NCBI GenBank assembly: GCA_965644295.1
Contig: CBFFRP010000289.1
Location: forward strand, 870 to 64,869
Reading direction: 5' to 3'
Origin: Paraphysomonas bandaiensis
Taxonomy: Eukaryota; Protista; Chrysophyceae
Length of the DNA stretch: 64,000 bases
Shown in pieces: positions 50,268 to 63,235 of the stretch. The notes beneath the pieces are model-generated. The model saw nothing but the letters and a program-made list of their open reading frames with translations. It ran no database searches and was not told the origin of the DNA. How positions within the stretch are numbered: the stretch's first letter is position 1; each line of letters opens with the position of its first letter. The position numbers and the translations under genes are program-made.

Positions 50268-53106
50268 ATGTTTTCTCAGTCGCTCTCTGAATTCACGAAT
50301 TTCGCATCCAAAATATCCTCTGAACTGTCTCTGGACAATCTTCAGAATGAGGAGCAGAAGAATAGCGGACAGCAGGGTGTTGGAGTATCAACAGGAGTGG
50401 CTTCTCATAAGGATGAGGATCAGAGTGAGCGAATTAAGGATCTGGAAAACACTGTAGCTGACTTGCGTGAGTCTCTGGTGTCAGAGAAGGAGTCTTTTGA
50501 ACGCTGTAATTCTGAACTGGAACGAACTAAACTGAAACTCAGAGAAGAGATTGAAAATTCGATTTCATTAAAGCAATGCATTGAAGATAAGGAAGGTATT
50601 ATTGCTGACATGACGCTTACGGCGTCGAATATGCAGTCGAAAAACGCAGATCTACAGTCAGAGGTTGAGCAGCTGCGCAATGCTCTCTCTGCTACGTGCA
50701 ACATACCGACAGATGGACAGGACACCACTTCTCTAAATGGAGTATGTGATACCTGTGAGGGCTTACGTACTCAGTTGGAATCTGTTAGACAGGCGTATGC
50801 ATCCTTGCAGCATACGTGCTCCTTGTCGGAGGGAAGGGAGGCGACAAGTGTGCTGGAGCTGAAGGAAGGGCTCGCACAGATTCAGGAGAAGGGTGGTACA
50901 GAAGTCCTTACTCTGGCGGAGGCAAGAGCTGAAGTGAAGTCCTCTACGGAGGCCAGTGATTTTCTCGCAAAGCAGTTGGCAGAGAGAACCCAGGAGCTGG
51001 AGGTCGTGAGGAGTGAACTCTCGACTAGCACAGCTGCATACGCTGAGTTGAAAGAAAAGCAGATTACATTGAGCGGCAAGATGAAAGAGAAAATCAAGCA
51101 CTTTATGGACAAGCATGCTCAGCTTGAGGAACATAAACGCCAGCTGATGGAATCTTTAAAAGAAAAGGTGTGAATTCAAGATACCCATCGATATTTGGGT
51201 CTTTGATATTAACTTGTCTTGATTTCGCAGGACTCTGAAGTGACATCGTTGCGTCTTAAGCTGGATGCCATCGAGAATAACCTGTCAGATAGGAAGGCAC
51301 TGTCAAGCGAACTCTCTGAGCGTTACAGTGAAGTGCAACGCGACCTGCAGCGCAAACAAGAAGAGATAGATTCCCTGTTGGCGGCACAGGAAAATTCAGT
51401 TCGTCAGCTCATGGATAAAGAACAAGAGGCGCAGAATAAGTCAAAGGAAGTCGAGGATTTACGGGTGCGTCTTCGTGAGACCATGGAAGAAGTTCAGCGG
51501 GAAGCTGAGAGAGCACAAGAGCGTTGTGATATAGCTGAGAGAGAGAGCCATGCTGCTGCCGAAAGGAGGGTGACAGAAATGGCATGTGCTCTTGAAGAAA
51601 ATAGAGCACTATTGGACGGTGAAAGGACTAAAGTACGTGATCTAGAAGAGCAAATTACGTGTATGCAAGAGAAGTCGATAGAGATAAGATCTAGTGCTCA
51701 ATCACTTGAAGATTACAAGTCACGTGCACAGAAAGCCCTAAAACAGGTAATATCGGTGTATTTCTGTATGGAGTGTCCATGAAAAAGTGGAAATAATATC
51801 GCAATTTCTGTTTCTTTATATATAATGTTGACCCACGTGTATGTACCCTCTTAGGCCAATGCCACCTCCGCTACCCTCACAAATCGCGTATCTTCCCTAG
51901 AGAATGCTTTGGGTGAAGCGGAGGAAAAGTTGAAGGAGGCCGAGAATCATATCATGGAGCTAATTGAAGAAAGAGGCTCTCTACAGCAACAAATAAAGGA
52001 CGTCAGGTGAGAGAATCGCCGTTTTATTTTATGATGGTCACCTGTTTGTAGTGCCAAGTTGAAGGAAGAGAAGGAAATGCACCGAACAGCGGTGGAGTTG
52101 CTAGAGCAAGCCAACAAGGACATTTCCTCTGAAGTGATTCGTATGAAGGATGCTATCTTGGCTATGGAAGAGGAGAAGGCACGGACCCTAGCAGCCGAGA
52201 AGCAAGTGAGTGCGGTTCGATAGCCCAGTCATTCACATAGCTCATTGCTTCGTGTTTCGTTGTCTGCAGCACACTCTTGAGGTCCCTGATGACTCCCCAC
52301 GATTTACTCTCTCTCCTCGCACTCCGCCAAGTAGCACAGACTCTGACCTGGAGAAGATTTCAATTCGTCGCCCGACACACCCAAACTCCGAGTTGCGAGA
52401 TGAAGTGCATGCGGTGTGCGGTAGTGACGACGAAATCCCAGACAACACTCGAAGTGATAGCGATAGTATGGTGCTGATTTCTCAAAATGACAGACGTGGT
52501 ATTCGGAAGCATGAAACCGGGGATGAAGATGACACAGTTTCGCTGAGTGACGGCCCGTCCTCGAATGACTTATTCCTTATCAAGCAGGTAACTGTGCGCA
52601 CTTTTCGTGCTTGGATCTTTAATGTTGCGTGTAGTACAAAGCCACAGTGAAAGATCTACATCGCGAAATCGCCCAATGCCACGCTGACATGGAACATTTG
52701 CGGCACTCTTTGCAAGCGGAGCAAGAAAATAAAGTAGCATTATAGCACTGACACTATCAATTTGCTAATATTGGCATTTCAGGCTAGAGTAGTGCAGCAG
52801 TTAGATGAGCTCAACGCTTTTCATGAGAGGACGAAGAGGTTGTTGAACTCCCCTGACTCAGCTGTGAACATTGAGTACCTGAAGAAGTGTGTGTATCGGC
52901 TAATGATAACTAAAGAACTAAGCGAGAAGAAACGCCTCTATCCTGTGATATCTGTCATTCTTAAATTTACCCCCCAGGAATCAACCCACGTGACTAAAGC
53001 GATAGACGAAGAGATTTCGGCATCCACGGCTAGTGTAGTTGACTCAACGTGGGTTAGCATCAGTGACATGGCTTCAAGTTCTATAGGTGGCCTGTTTCGA
53101 GGCTAG
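50268..53106 (+). CDS. GRIP-domain coiled-coil golgin, multi-exon
   Basis: Long heptad coiled coil; C-terminal NIEYLKKCVYRLM...RLYPVISVILKFTPQE GRIP motif. Confidence 0.85.
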
Positions 53107-53373
53107 ACTTTTGTATATATTGTTTTACGTATTTCATGGTATTGCTCTTTATGGTGAGTTTTGTATTAGCTTTCTTCAAGTGGTGAACTGCTGCCTAATA
53201 AAATTTTGTTGTTTATTGTTTCAGCACCCGGTTTTCTGAATTTGGTGCTGTCTTCTTTTTCAGGTGGTGATATTGTTTATCACTACAAGGTAACGTTGTA
53301 AACTCTCCCTCGTGTAGATATATTGTGGAAAAGGAAAGGAGGTACTATGACGCGAGTTTGACGTTTGACAACT

Positions 53374-53629
53374 TATTAGGATTCAGCTTAATACAAGATT
53401 GTATCTGTGAGTTATAATGTTCAATGAAATATATCATGAACTGAATTACAGAGAATATCTGTTGAAGATACAACATGATCGTCATCATAACGTCGTAATT
53501 ATCAGTTACACTTCTAACCATTCCGTTGTGCATGATAGTTATGTTTTATATTGTTATTCATAATTCTCACTCTATATTGTGTTCTTTGTTCTTTACTACT
53601 TTACACTCTAGTAAGATCAATTCTTTATT
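53374..53629 (+). mobile_element. Diverged solo TATT-LTR
   Basis: TATTAGGATTC...AAGATCAATTCTTTATT with internal indels; flanks CAACT/CCACC match only 3/5. Confidence 0.85.
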
Positions 53630-53816
53630 CCACCGTCTGAGACCTGAGACAGTGGTAGTTGTATCGTTGTATCCATATCCATGTGCACAGGTGATTAGAT
53701 ATAGGGTAGGAAAAAGCGGTAATGATTTCTTGCAACACTTAACTTCAAATTCACCAAGCTTTGCTATATCTAATATCGATATCATTTGTCATTGTATCTA
53801 GTTCCCATAACGATAA

Positions 53817-54335
53817 CTGCTTGTGCGTTACCGCAAGCACGAAGGTGCGACCATTCTCTCACAATATATTATTATAAATGTGCAAGTATGTCGTAAGTAG
53901 GAGTTAGCAATAGTACATGAATTAATGATATGATATATGTAGGAATTATGTTCCCTCAATAAAGTCGGACTCGCACCTTTTCGCGGTGTTCTGGGGGATA
54001 AGAGTAGCGGAGATATTTCTCCGGGAAACTGACGTGAGCCGCATATATAGTCAGCAGATATTGTTCTGCCCACTCGTAGCCTAATGCTTCTGTGGTACAA
54101 GGGACACTAATAAGTGTCACTACTTGTGTAGAGATGTCTTTGGGACCTGACAAATAATAATGGCATCGGGGACAGGGCCCATCTCAAGGGTAACCGGGGT
54201 ATTGTTTGGCTGCCTGCTGAAGTTAAGCTCCCGGGATATTTACCTTAAGAGCTCAAAAAAACTGAAGTCAGCAGATAGATGTCAGGTATATATCAACACT
54301 CTGCTTGCTCACTGTGTTTGCTTTGAGTGATTGAT
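53817..54335. mobile_element. Rearranged family R copy (core inverted relative to body)
   Basis: Core at 53817-53858 is on the minus orientation; body 53951-54330 is on the plus orientation relative to 35941-36404. Confidence 0.6.
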
Positions 54336-54717
54336 GCTGAGTATGAGTTCACATTATTCGATATAATATCTGTGTGGCCAATGACCGAGGTATTGCTTCA
54401 AACTTTCCTCATATGGATGCATGATGGCAATGGCAATAATGTGATTAGACCTGTCATATCTTCTCACACGTCTACTGCCTAGTCTTGGTTTCTTCTGACC
54501 GCAAGCACGAAGGTGCGACCATTCTCTCACAATATATATTATTATAAATGTCCAAGTATGAGTTCTCACATTATTCGATATAATATCTGTGTGGCCAATG
54601 ACCGAGGTATTGCTTCAAACTTTCCTCATATGGATGCATAATGGCAATGGCAATATTGTGATTAGACCTGTCATATCTTCTCACACGTCTACTGCCTAGT
54701 CTTGGTTTCTTCTGACC
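53830..54717. repeat. A1...B1-A2-B2 split direct repeat
   Basis: A1 53830-53890 matches A2 54498-54560; B1 54340-54500 matches B2 54555-54717. Confidence 0.85.
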
Positions 54718-55576
54718 CAGGTCATTGAGATTATATCAAGGCTCTGGCACTGTTATCCAAGCAGGGTCAGGTACATTTGTGTTTCCTTTATATTATTTCT
54801 TACTTATAATAATAGTAGGTTTTTATCCGAGCGGAGAAGAGGTGCACGGTTTCCTACTAGCGTAAGTCACTCGGGAGAAGAGTGCTGGAGGCATGTATGT
54901 GCTGGACGAGTACACATCATAATGGAGGGAAGACATAGGAGTCAGCTTGAATTTGTAACAGATTTTGGTAGACATATCTGTTTCATGCATCAGCGTGCAA
55001 AATTGCACCAGTGAGGAGACCGCTTCGTGACCGTGGGAGGACCCGGCGCTAGAGCTACTATACTACATGCTGCTGTGAACACCACCTTCTTGAAGATCTA
55101 TCGCATATGTATACAAGAGACATAATATATGCCGAAGACACCGACCGCAATTTGTTTGTGTTGTTAGGACAATTTATTACCAGTAATAATAGAAGCAGAA
55201 TCAACTGCACCAGTGTCTACCCACTCCTTATAGTGGGTTCCTGGATATAACTCCACCACCTCGGAATATTGTCTTTTTTACTGGAGGGAATATTATGAGG
55301 CTTATCATGGTGGGCTACATTCAATATTAGGTACAGAGTACACAAACAAGCATATATATATATAAAGTATACCAGATGCAAGCGAGAAGAATTTGGAGCG
55401 CACTGACTTATCCTCCCTGGTGGCACCACATTTCTTCTTGCTTTTGTAAACAAAATGATAGGTACCATCATCATTGACAGCATGGACAATACCACGCATC
55501 CTAGTGACAGTAACAATTTCGTCACCAGGAGGCGTGCCGTCGTCGAAGACAGGAGAGGCCTGAGGTTTTATGTGGG

Positions 55577-56611
55577 ATGCTTACTCCGGACCAAGTGCGT
55601 CTACCCACGGTACGACATCATGCTGCTACGGTACCGTTAGCATATGGCACAATGGAACAGTGGTTCCGCTTACCGGGGATCACGAAGTTCAGGAGTGATT
55701 ACCAATATATTCCTCTGGAGTTTGAGGACCACGATAGAGTGATATCTTCCTTGAACCATTGGTTTAAAGTCCAAGGCTTTACCTATGATCCGGAAAGAGG
55801 ACCTAACCAGGATGATTCGGGGTCGCTAGTTTTTGAACCGGATGACTTGAACCTGGAACCCTCGAGGATTAATAAACGAAAGGGGGCTGGCCGGAGAACC
55901 AAGGCCTCTGCACGCAACAGTTTAGTGGTGCCGAAGAAGGTGGGTGTAAGCTGCAAGAAGGCCCGTGCCACGAAGAAAGCGCAGGAACTGACCGAGAAGA
56001 TCACTTCCAAGAAACCCAATCGGAGTAAAGTCGTGAAAAATGTCTGCTTTTATGCTTCTGATATATGTATTTAACTTTTCACTTCTTGTGCAGGGGCACC
56101 ACACCATCATGAAGAAGTAATCACGATTGAGGTCGGAGGTATTTCTCCTCCACCCTCTCCCATCCACCAGCAGAATGGGGGTATTCCTCACCCACCCCCT
56201 CCCCTCCACCAGGATGCTGTCGTTAAAGAGTTGATGCAGCAACTGAAAGAGTCCCAGGCTATGAATAAGGAGATGAGAGACGAGATGATGAAGCAGATCG
56301 TATCAATCAAAGAAGTGGCTCCCTCACCTATACAGCAGGACCCTCCTGCTCAGCCTGCTTCTATTGTTGGTGCTTCCGAACCGCCTGTACCTCCTACCAT
56401 CCCCGTCGTGCCATGCACTACTTCTCTTCGTGCATGTGGCGTTACTGGGGGGCCACTTGTACCTCACGCTGTTCGTTTTGGCAATGATCATAATTCTTAT
56501 ATGTTTATGTCAGCAATTCAAGATCAAAGCGAACGACTGCATCGACTGCATGATGCTGAGAAGAAGAATGTCTTGTATGAGAACTTAGTGTTGCATAATT
56601 ATTTCAAATGA
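55577..56611 (+). CDS. Hypothetical two-exon protein (basic and proline-rich), possibly TE-associated
   Basis: GC-richer frames 55577-56074 and about 56094-56611 can be joined by a GT..AG intron; no family recognised. Confidence 0.4.
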
Positions 56612-59277
56612 AATATCTTTTTTGATGAATCCTAATTAATTTATGGATATTGTCTGCAATTAATTACTTCATGTATGTTGTGTTGTCTGTGTATAATATA
56701 TAGTAGTTACTTTGATGTGAGATATTACAGTAGATTTATATATGAAAAGTAACAATATAAAACAATATTTTAGTAAAATATTTTAAAAATATATTATATA
56801 ATTGAGAATATACAACAACTATATTGTAATTAACATTAACCCTAGTCTTCAAATACGTACATATATATGACACTTTTCCATATATATATGATGAAACCTG
56901 GTGAAATCGCTTTACCAGGTTTCACGATCACATCGGCTTTCAAGTAGATTGGGCACGAGCGTATGATCCGGCTTAAACACGAGAGTTTTCAATCTTACGA
57001 GAGGCAAATGCAGCTATATGAGAATATATATGATAAAATATAGTACAAAACACAAGTAGCAGGGTCAACTTGCGATAACAGCTTTAATTGCGATAAATAT
57101 ACTGCTAATAACAGCTTTAATTGCGACTTTTTCTCTATCTTTAACCTCTCAAATACAAATTACAGTAAAATAATATAAGAAGTCAATACTTAGATATAAA
57201 ATCTGGTGAAATCGCTTTACCAGGTTTGGTATTACCTCGACTTTACTACTCGTATATATATACATTATCTTAAAACTAGAAACTTATTGAGCATTACAAA
57301 TACGCTATAGTTCGAGCTGAACTTCGTCTTCTTGTAATTTAAGGTCAAGAGCAAAAAAACAGCACATTTTACAGAATGCAAGATAATGACCGAGATATTA
57401 AACAGAGACGACAAATCAGAAGGGAGGCTTTGTTTGGTAACAGATAGCAGTGGTGTAGCAATGAATAATAGTCAGTAAGGGTGATGGCTATTAAGGGTAA
57501 TAAATGGCTATCGTCCTTAAAGTTTTCCAAGTTCTAATCCTAATACGTCCTTATAAACAAAAGAGTAAATAATTACAACCTTCCTGCGAGCAATTAAATT
57601 ACAATTATTACGTATATTTCATGTAATTTAATTGCAATTACTTGCAATTCAATTTATTGTTGCGCAACCCTGATATTCAAAACAGTCAATAGTGATGGTT
57701 TTAAAACTGTACATATTTCCGATGTAATTACATCTTGTTTTCTTGTTTCATAGTTATCATATATATGTCGTTTCTAAAAGCTACTGTTTGATCACTTCAA
57801 TTTGGAAATATTATTTTAGATATTTGAACACTTCCTGTTATAGCTGTATTTGTTCCACCATAAGATAAATTAGTTGTTTTTGGTTTCATAATTTCAACAT
57901 CTGTTTTCATTGCTGTTGTTTGTATTGAATCGTCATTGAACTTTTAGTGTTCCTCGTCCATAGAATTTACTGATGGTAAAACAAGAGTTGCACACATTAT
58001 GTCTTATATCTCCACTCTTTTGAATATATCCTGTTAATTCAATATCGACTACACTGTGTACTATATTTTTATAGTCTAATGCATTAAATACAGTGTTTGC
58101 TCTTTTCGGTTTTGGGTAAATACTCCTAATTATATATATAATATATATATATTAATACTATATAATTATTTAATGTAAAAAAATAATTATTCTATAACAT
58201 GTATATATATATGTATTATGTATGTCAAAAAGTTCTATTACTAATATTGCTAATCACATTGACAAATATAATGTCATTCAAGGTAACACAAATACACAAT
58301 ATCTAACAAATGCTACTTTTCCTACATCATTTACATCATTTTAGAAACGTTGTAGTCCAGGTATTTCAGCACAGAAATATAACAATATTCATACTATGTC
58401 TGGTAGGAAGAAATTGTACCACCCTTGCTATCAACCCTTTCTTTCCATATGTTGTACAACGCACTAACACCTATACACAAGTAAACGCCAGGGCAATTCA
58501 TCACGCCTGTTATACTCCTCGGTTGAGCGTCGATATAATAGTCATGGCACTTGCCCCAAATGAACCTTAAAGTGATGCTTATATCTTCGGTAGATAGAAT
58601 AGTACCACTGAAGCGACTATTGGAACATGAAACATCCAATGGGTCGGCCTTTGGCTCAGATGGATTGAAGAAAGGGCAGCACGATGCCTTGAAGGCAATC
58701 TCGGAGGTAATTTCACATGAACGACTGCCCTCCTGGAATATTATGACCTTATTCTTTAATCATGAGGGTCTACCGCGCATACTTTGAGGAGTATTGATCT
58801 CTGTTATCACAATGTCTATCAGCACCAGAGTCATCTTAAAGGGACCTCTTCCGCGTTTAAACTGATTCCTCGGCATCGAGTCGAGGACATGAATAAGAGG
58901 CAGACAGAGGACGAGTGTCGCTACACATCCTATAAAAAATGGGCCTTTTCTTGCTTAAATCGCAGTTAATGTTACGGAATTAACGTAAAAGGTACTTTTC
59001 ATGATTTTTTTCATAAATGTTACCATTTTTGTCTTTCTTCTGTATCAACTGCTGAGATCTGAGATACCTTTGTAACTATTACCCATCAGATTTTAGACAC
59101 AGCCTTATGAAACGCAGGCAGCAATTAACGACAACAGGAAGTGCGAGGCGAAGTTGAATAGCATAATTCGGACTATCAGAGTCATTGGCTTTGCGAGCCA
59201 ATCGGACTTCCAATTCGATCCGAATAAATGCATTAAATATAGTAATAGTCGAACCAGTAGAGTTTGTCCGCAGTAGC

Positions 59278-62200
59278 ATGCAGCAACCTGCACAAGAAGA
59301 GGGTCCAGTCGAAGGAGACCCGTCATCGCCTCAACAGAGTTCTGTCATCACTGAGGATTATAAGTATCATTTTTCGAGGCAGGGTTTATACACTTAGTCT
59401 GTGCATAGTCGAATAATATCTCTGATAGGTCCAATTTGCTCAGCATGGCATTGGTGCTGTTCATTGTAGTTCTAATGATACCACTTGTTCTTCAAAACGA
59501 TACGGATGGGTACTTCTTTGCCGGAGGAATCCTTGGAGCAGTCTCTTCGGTAAATATATAAGTTCCTTCGAATTGACATTTTATTGACAGTGCAGGGTGT
59601 TGTCCTTGTGAGCTATCTTCTTCACCCATCGAGAAGGACTCCGTCCATGTCCTTGCTGTCGTTCCGTGCCCTATGTGATATGGGCATCGGGTTTAGATTT
59701 GTCTTCAACAGCTACTTCAACCAAAACCTATGCGGAGACTCACACTGTGATATAGATGATGGTAAGAGGACTTCATTTTCGAATCTGTCACTCAATGTTC
59801 ATCAGATGAAGTGGGCGGTAGCGATGAGTTATACCGCAACTGTTCCGCTCCCTCCGGTATGATAGAGTTCTTTGAGCTAGCGTCAGAAGCATGGTTTTTT
59901 TGTCTGGCCTTTGACCTTGCTGTGTCTATCACGAACCCTTTCTCGTCCTTTAGTCAGCGGTAAGTTCTACACTGTGAAATAGTGTATTTATATTATTTAC
60001 ATGTGCAACTGTATATAGGATGAAATACTACCATGTTGTGTGCTGGGGATTTGGGCTCGGCATGGCCCTTATTCTCTCCCTCACACGGGGTCTTCATGGA
60101 TTCTGGTATGTTGACGAGAGTGTAGATACCACCGCTATATGCTGGATAAAGTCACGTAAAGATGGGCGATTAAACTTTCGCACCTTCGTATTCCTCTATA
60201 TCCCTCTAGTAGTGGTGTATGTGTATTGCCTGAGAGTTCTCAGCGGTGCTTACTCACACCTGCGGAAGGGTATTTCTAAAACATTTCAGCACCGCGTGAG
60301 GGTCCTCGTCATGAACTCAATCAACATTGGGATATATATGCTGTACTGGGCAGTTCTGGGGGTCATGTATGCTTTCGCGTATGCTTTCTCTGAGAAGAAC
60401 CGCATTATATCGCGTTGGTTCTGGCGCATTGTCATGTTCATAATATCTTCCAAGGGGTTTGCTGATTTAATCGTGTTCATACTTGTGAGCGATGCCCAGG
60501 TACCTACGGGAAAGGGGAATGTGGAGTCTTTTGACGTAAATCGGGCTTTGAGACAGGAGGTTCTACATTACGCCACCACGGGTATACGGGAGTGCGCCTC
60601 TCGGAAGTCAGACTCTCCATCGAAAAGGAAATTGGTTATATTGATGTCACAGAAGAACATTCCTCTTCAGAATATCCTCACCATGCAGCATCTGCTACGA
60701 CTTGTCTTTAGCGGACCTGACATCGGCAATAATAACGTCAGCGTGGATGCTGGGGGACCGAATCCCGACGAGGGATTGACACAACAGGTGGACACTGAGC
60801 TGCTGCATGTTGATGATAGTGAGGGAGGGTATCCCGCTGCCAAACGCATGAAGGCACGTCGAAGCACTCTCGGAAAACGACATGCGTTTCCTCTGGGATA
60901 TGATAACAATGATGTGCTCTCTGCTCCCCCTCCGACTGAATGCGAGTCTGGATTCGACAGAGAGTTTTCGATGGAATCTTCTGACCGGAGTGGATGTGGA
61001 AACCATTCTTCACTCGCCTCAAGCCCCACTATCACTTTTGTGGATTGGGTCAAGTCCTCCTTTAGCGGCAAGATGGACAGCGCAATAGCTGGTATGAATA
61101 CCTTTCTTGTTTTCATATCTAAAATTTGCAGCTTATATTTTTGTTGTACAGACGACGCGCGTATTGACCATGGTGAAGATGACAATGCCGATGAGGAGTC
61201 GGGAATAAGAAGCAGACAATCCTCTAGCCGCGTGAGTGCAGAGAGAGAGAAACGCACGATCTACGAAACAGGTCCGAACGTATCATTACTTTTTTCCATT
61301 TGCTAGTATAAAACTGTGTGCAGCGAACCAATACTTTACTATTTGGAGCAAAATGTGCCATCAACTGACGCACCCCACTGAGATGTGTACGTGGTTTTCG
61401 TTGAACAGGTTTGATGAACTTTATTTATCATTGCCATATATGAGTATACTTTGATGACCAGTACTCCTGATGTATCTGTGGAGTTTGTGGAGTACGAGCC
61501 CTACTACTTCAGACAGATCCGCCTCTCATCGGGCGTTGAAGATTTGGATTACATTACGTGAGTCGTCGTATCATAAGAGTTGTGATTTAATTATCTGTTC
61601 AGTTCTTTCATGAAGACCATCAAAGAGCGCTTGACAGAAGGTGGTGCTTCTGGTGCGTTCTTCTTCTTTACTAAAGACGAAAAGTTCATTTCCAAGTCAT
61701 GTACTTTGGATGAAATTGCTCATATTCGTCGCTCTTCGCTGATGCTCTCTCGGTACTTTCAAGAGAATCCTGATAGCTTCATTACGAAGGTACGATATAT
61801 TGGAGTCTTTGGTGTGTCGCATATTATTTATAATCCTAGATATATGGCGCCTACAAGCTCCAGATATACGGGACATCGTTTTACTTTTTTGTGACAAACA
61901 ATATATTTCTCAATCCGTATAATGAAGTTATCAACGAGAAGTACGACCTAAAGGGGTCTTGGGTGAAGCGAAACTCCACACCTCCTCAAATCGGACAGCG
62001 TGTGACTTGCACCCATTGCAACCAAAAATTCACCTTTAGTGGTACGCAGAAAAATAAGAAGAAAAGCAAGGGACTGAAGTATACGTATGTGCGAATTCGA
62101 TTCATCGTTATTTTGACGTCCTTTGTAGAATTGCGAAGCTCAACCGGTCTTCAATCTCAGGAAGAAATGAAGAACAAAACGATCACAATGAGTCCAGTAG

Positions 62201-63123
62201 GTAGGCGTATATATGACTGGTGACCTCATCGTTACGCTTCGTGTACTGCAGATGTCCTATGCAGGTTCTCGGTTATCACGAGCCGAATGTTATCTTGAAG
62301 GACAATGATTTAAAGTACAAAATTCGGCTACCCGGTCCAACTGCACGCTTTCTTCTCCAACAACTAGAAAAAGATTCTGATTTACTGTGCTCGTTAGGAG
62401 TAATGGACTATAGTCTCCTCGGTACGATGTAAATGCGATGCCACTCAACTTATACTAAATTTATTATACTCTACCTAGTGGGTGTGCACAACACGGAGTA
62501 TGTAGTTGATGACGCAACGTCGTTTGATGGACTACACAAGACAAGCACTGGTAGCTCCACAAGTACTGAAACAACAATTGTGCCACAGCATCGCACCTAC
62601 AGAGTGGAAGAAAAGTCATATGATGTGGTAAAGTCGCCGCTATTATCTGCCAGCCACGAGATGGATCGGTGTGTGAGTTTAAAGCAGTCCGTCCGATATG
62701 TTACCTATGAGGGTTGTAGTGGTAATAGGGTTACGGACTATTCTACTCACACTTCGAGTACTTCTAGTCAGTGTAACGGCAGGCTTCATGTAAGGCGTCT
62801 GCTGACCTTTTTTCAATAAATAATGTGTTTTAAGGTGAGCAGAATAGTTGGCCCCGAAGCGTATTATATGGGAATCGTAGACTTTCAGCAACTATATGAC
62901 ATCAGTAAAAAGGTGAAGCTGTGATTTTTGGGTAGATGTACTGATATATATTAGGCGGAGAGATTTTTTAAGGTACACATTAAAGGTAATAGTGGGGAAG
63001 GTCTATCATGCATAGAACCCAAGCAGTATAGAGCCAGGTACTACAACAGTGTTTCAATTTTTTGTAATGTATTATAGATTCTTGCGGCGTATGGAAGAAC
63101 TTCTTGATCTTGAAGAAACTTAG
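59278..63123 (+). CDS. GPCR-PIPK fusion (7TM receptor + phosphatidylinositol-phosphate kinase), multi-exon
   Basis: TM exons (SRRTPSMSLLSFRALCD, YYHVVCWG, ICWIK, SSKGFADLIVF) followed by PIPK motifs EGGASGAFFFFTKD, EKYDLKGSW, LKDNDL, VMDYSLL, GIVDFQQ and IEPKQYRARF. Stop TAG at 63121-63123. Confidence 0.9.
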
Positions 63124-63235
63124 TCATGTTCGCGAAATAATGACCAGAGGCAATTGTTGTGATGTGTTATAGATTATTGCGGCATATGGAAGATACTTCT
63201 TGATCTTATTAATATCCCATGAATGGTGTAAAGAA

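Noticed and set aside
58394-58970. Broken ORFs upstream of GPCR-PIPK
   Set aside because: No recognisable domain or consistent splice model.
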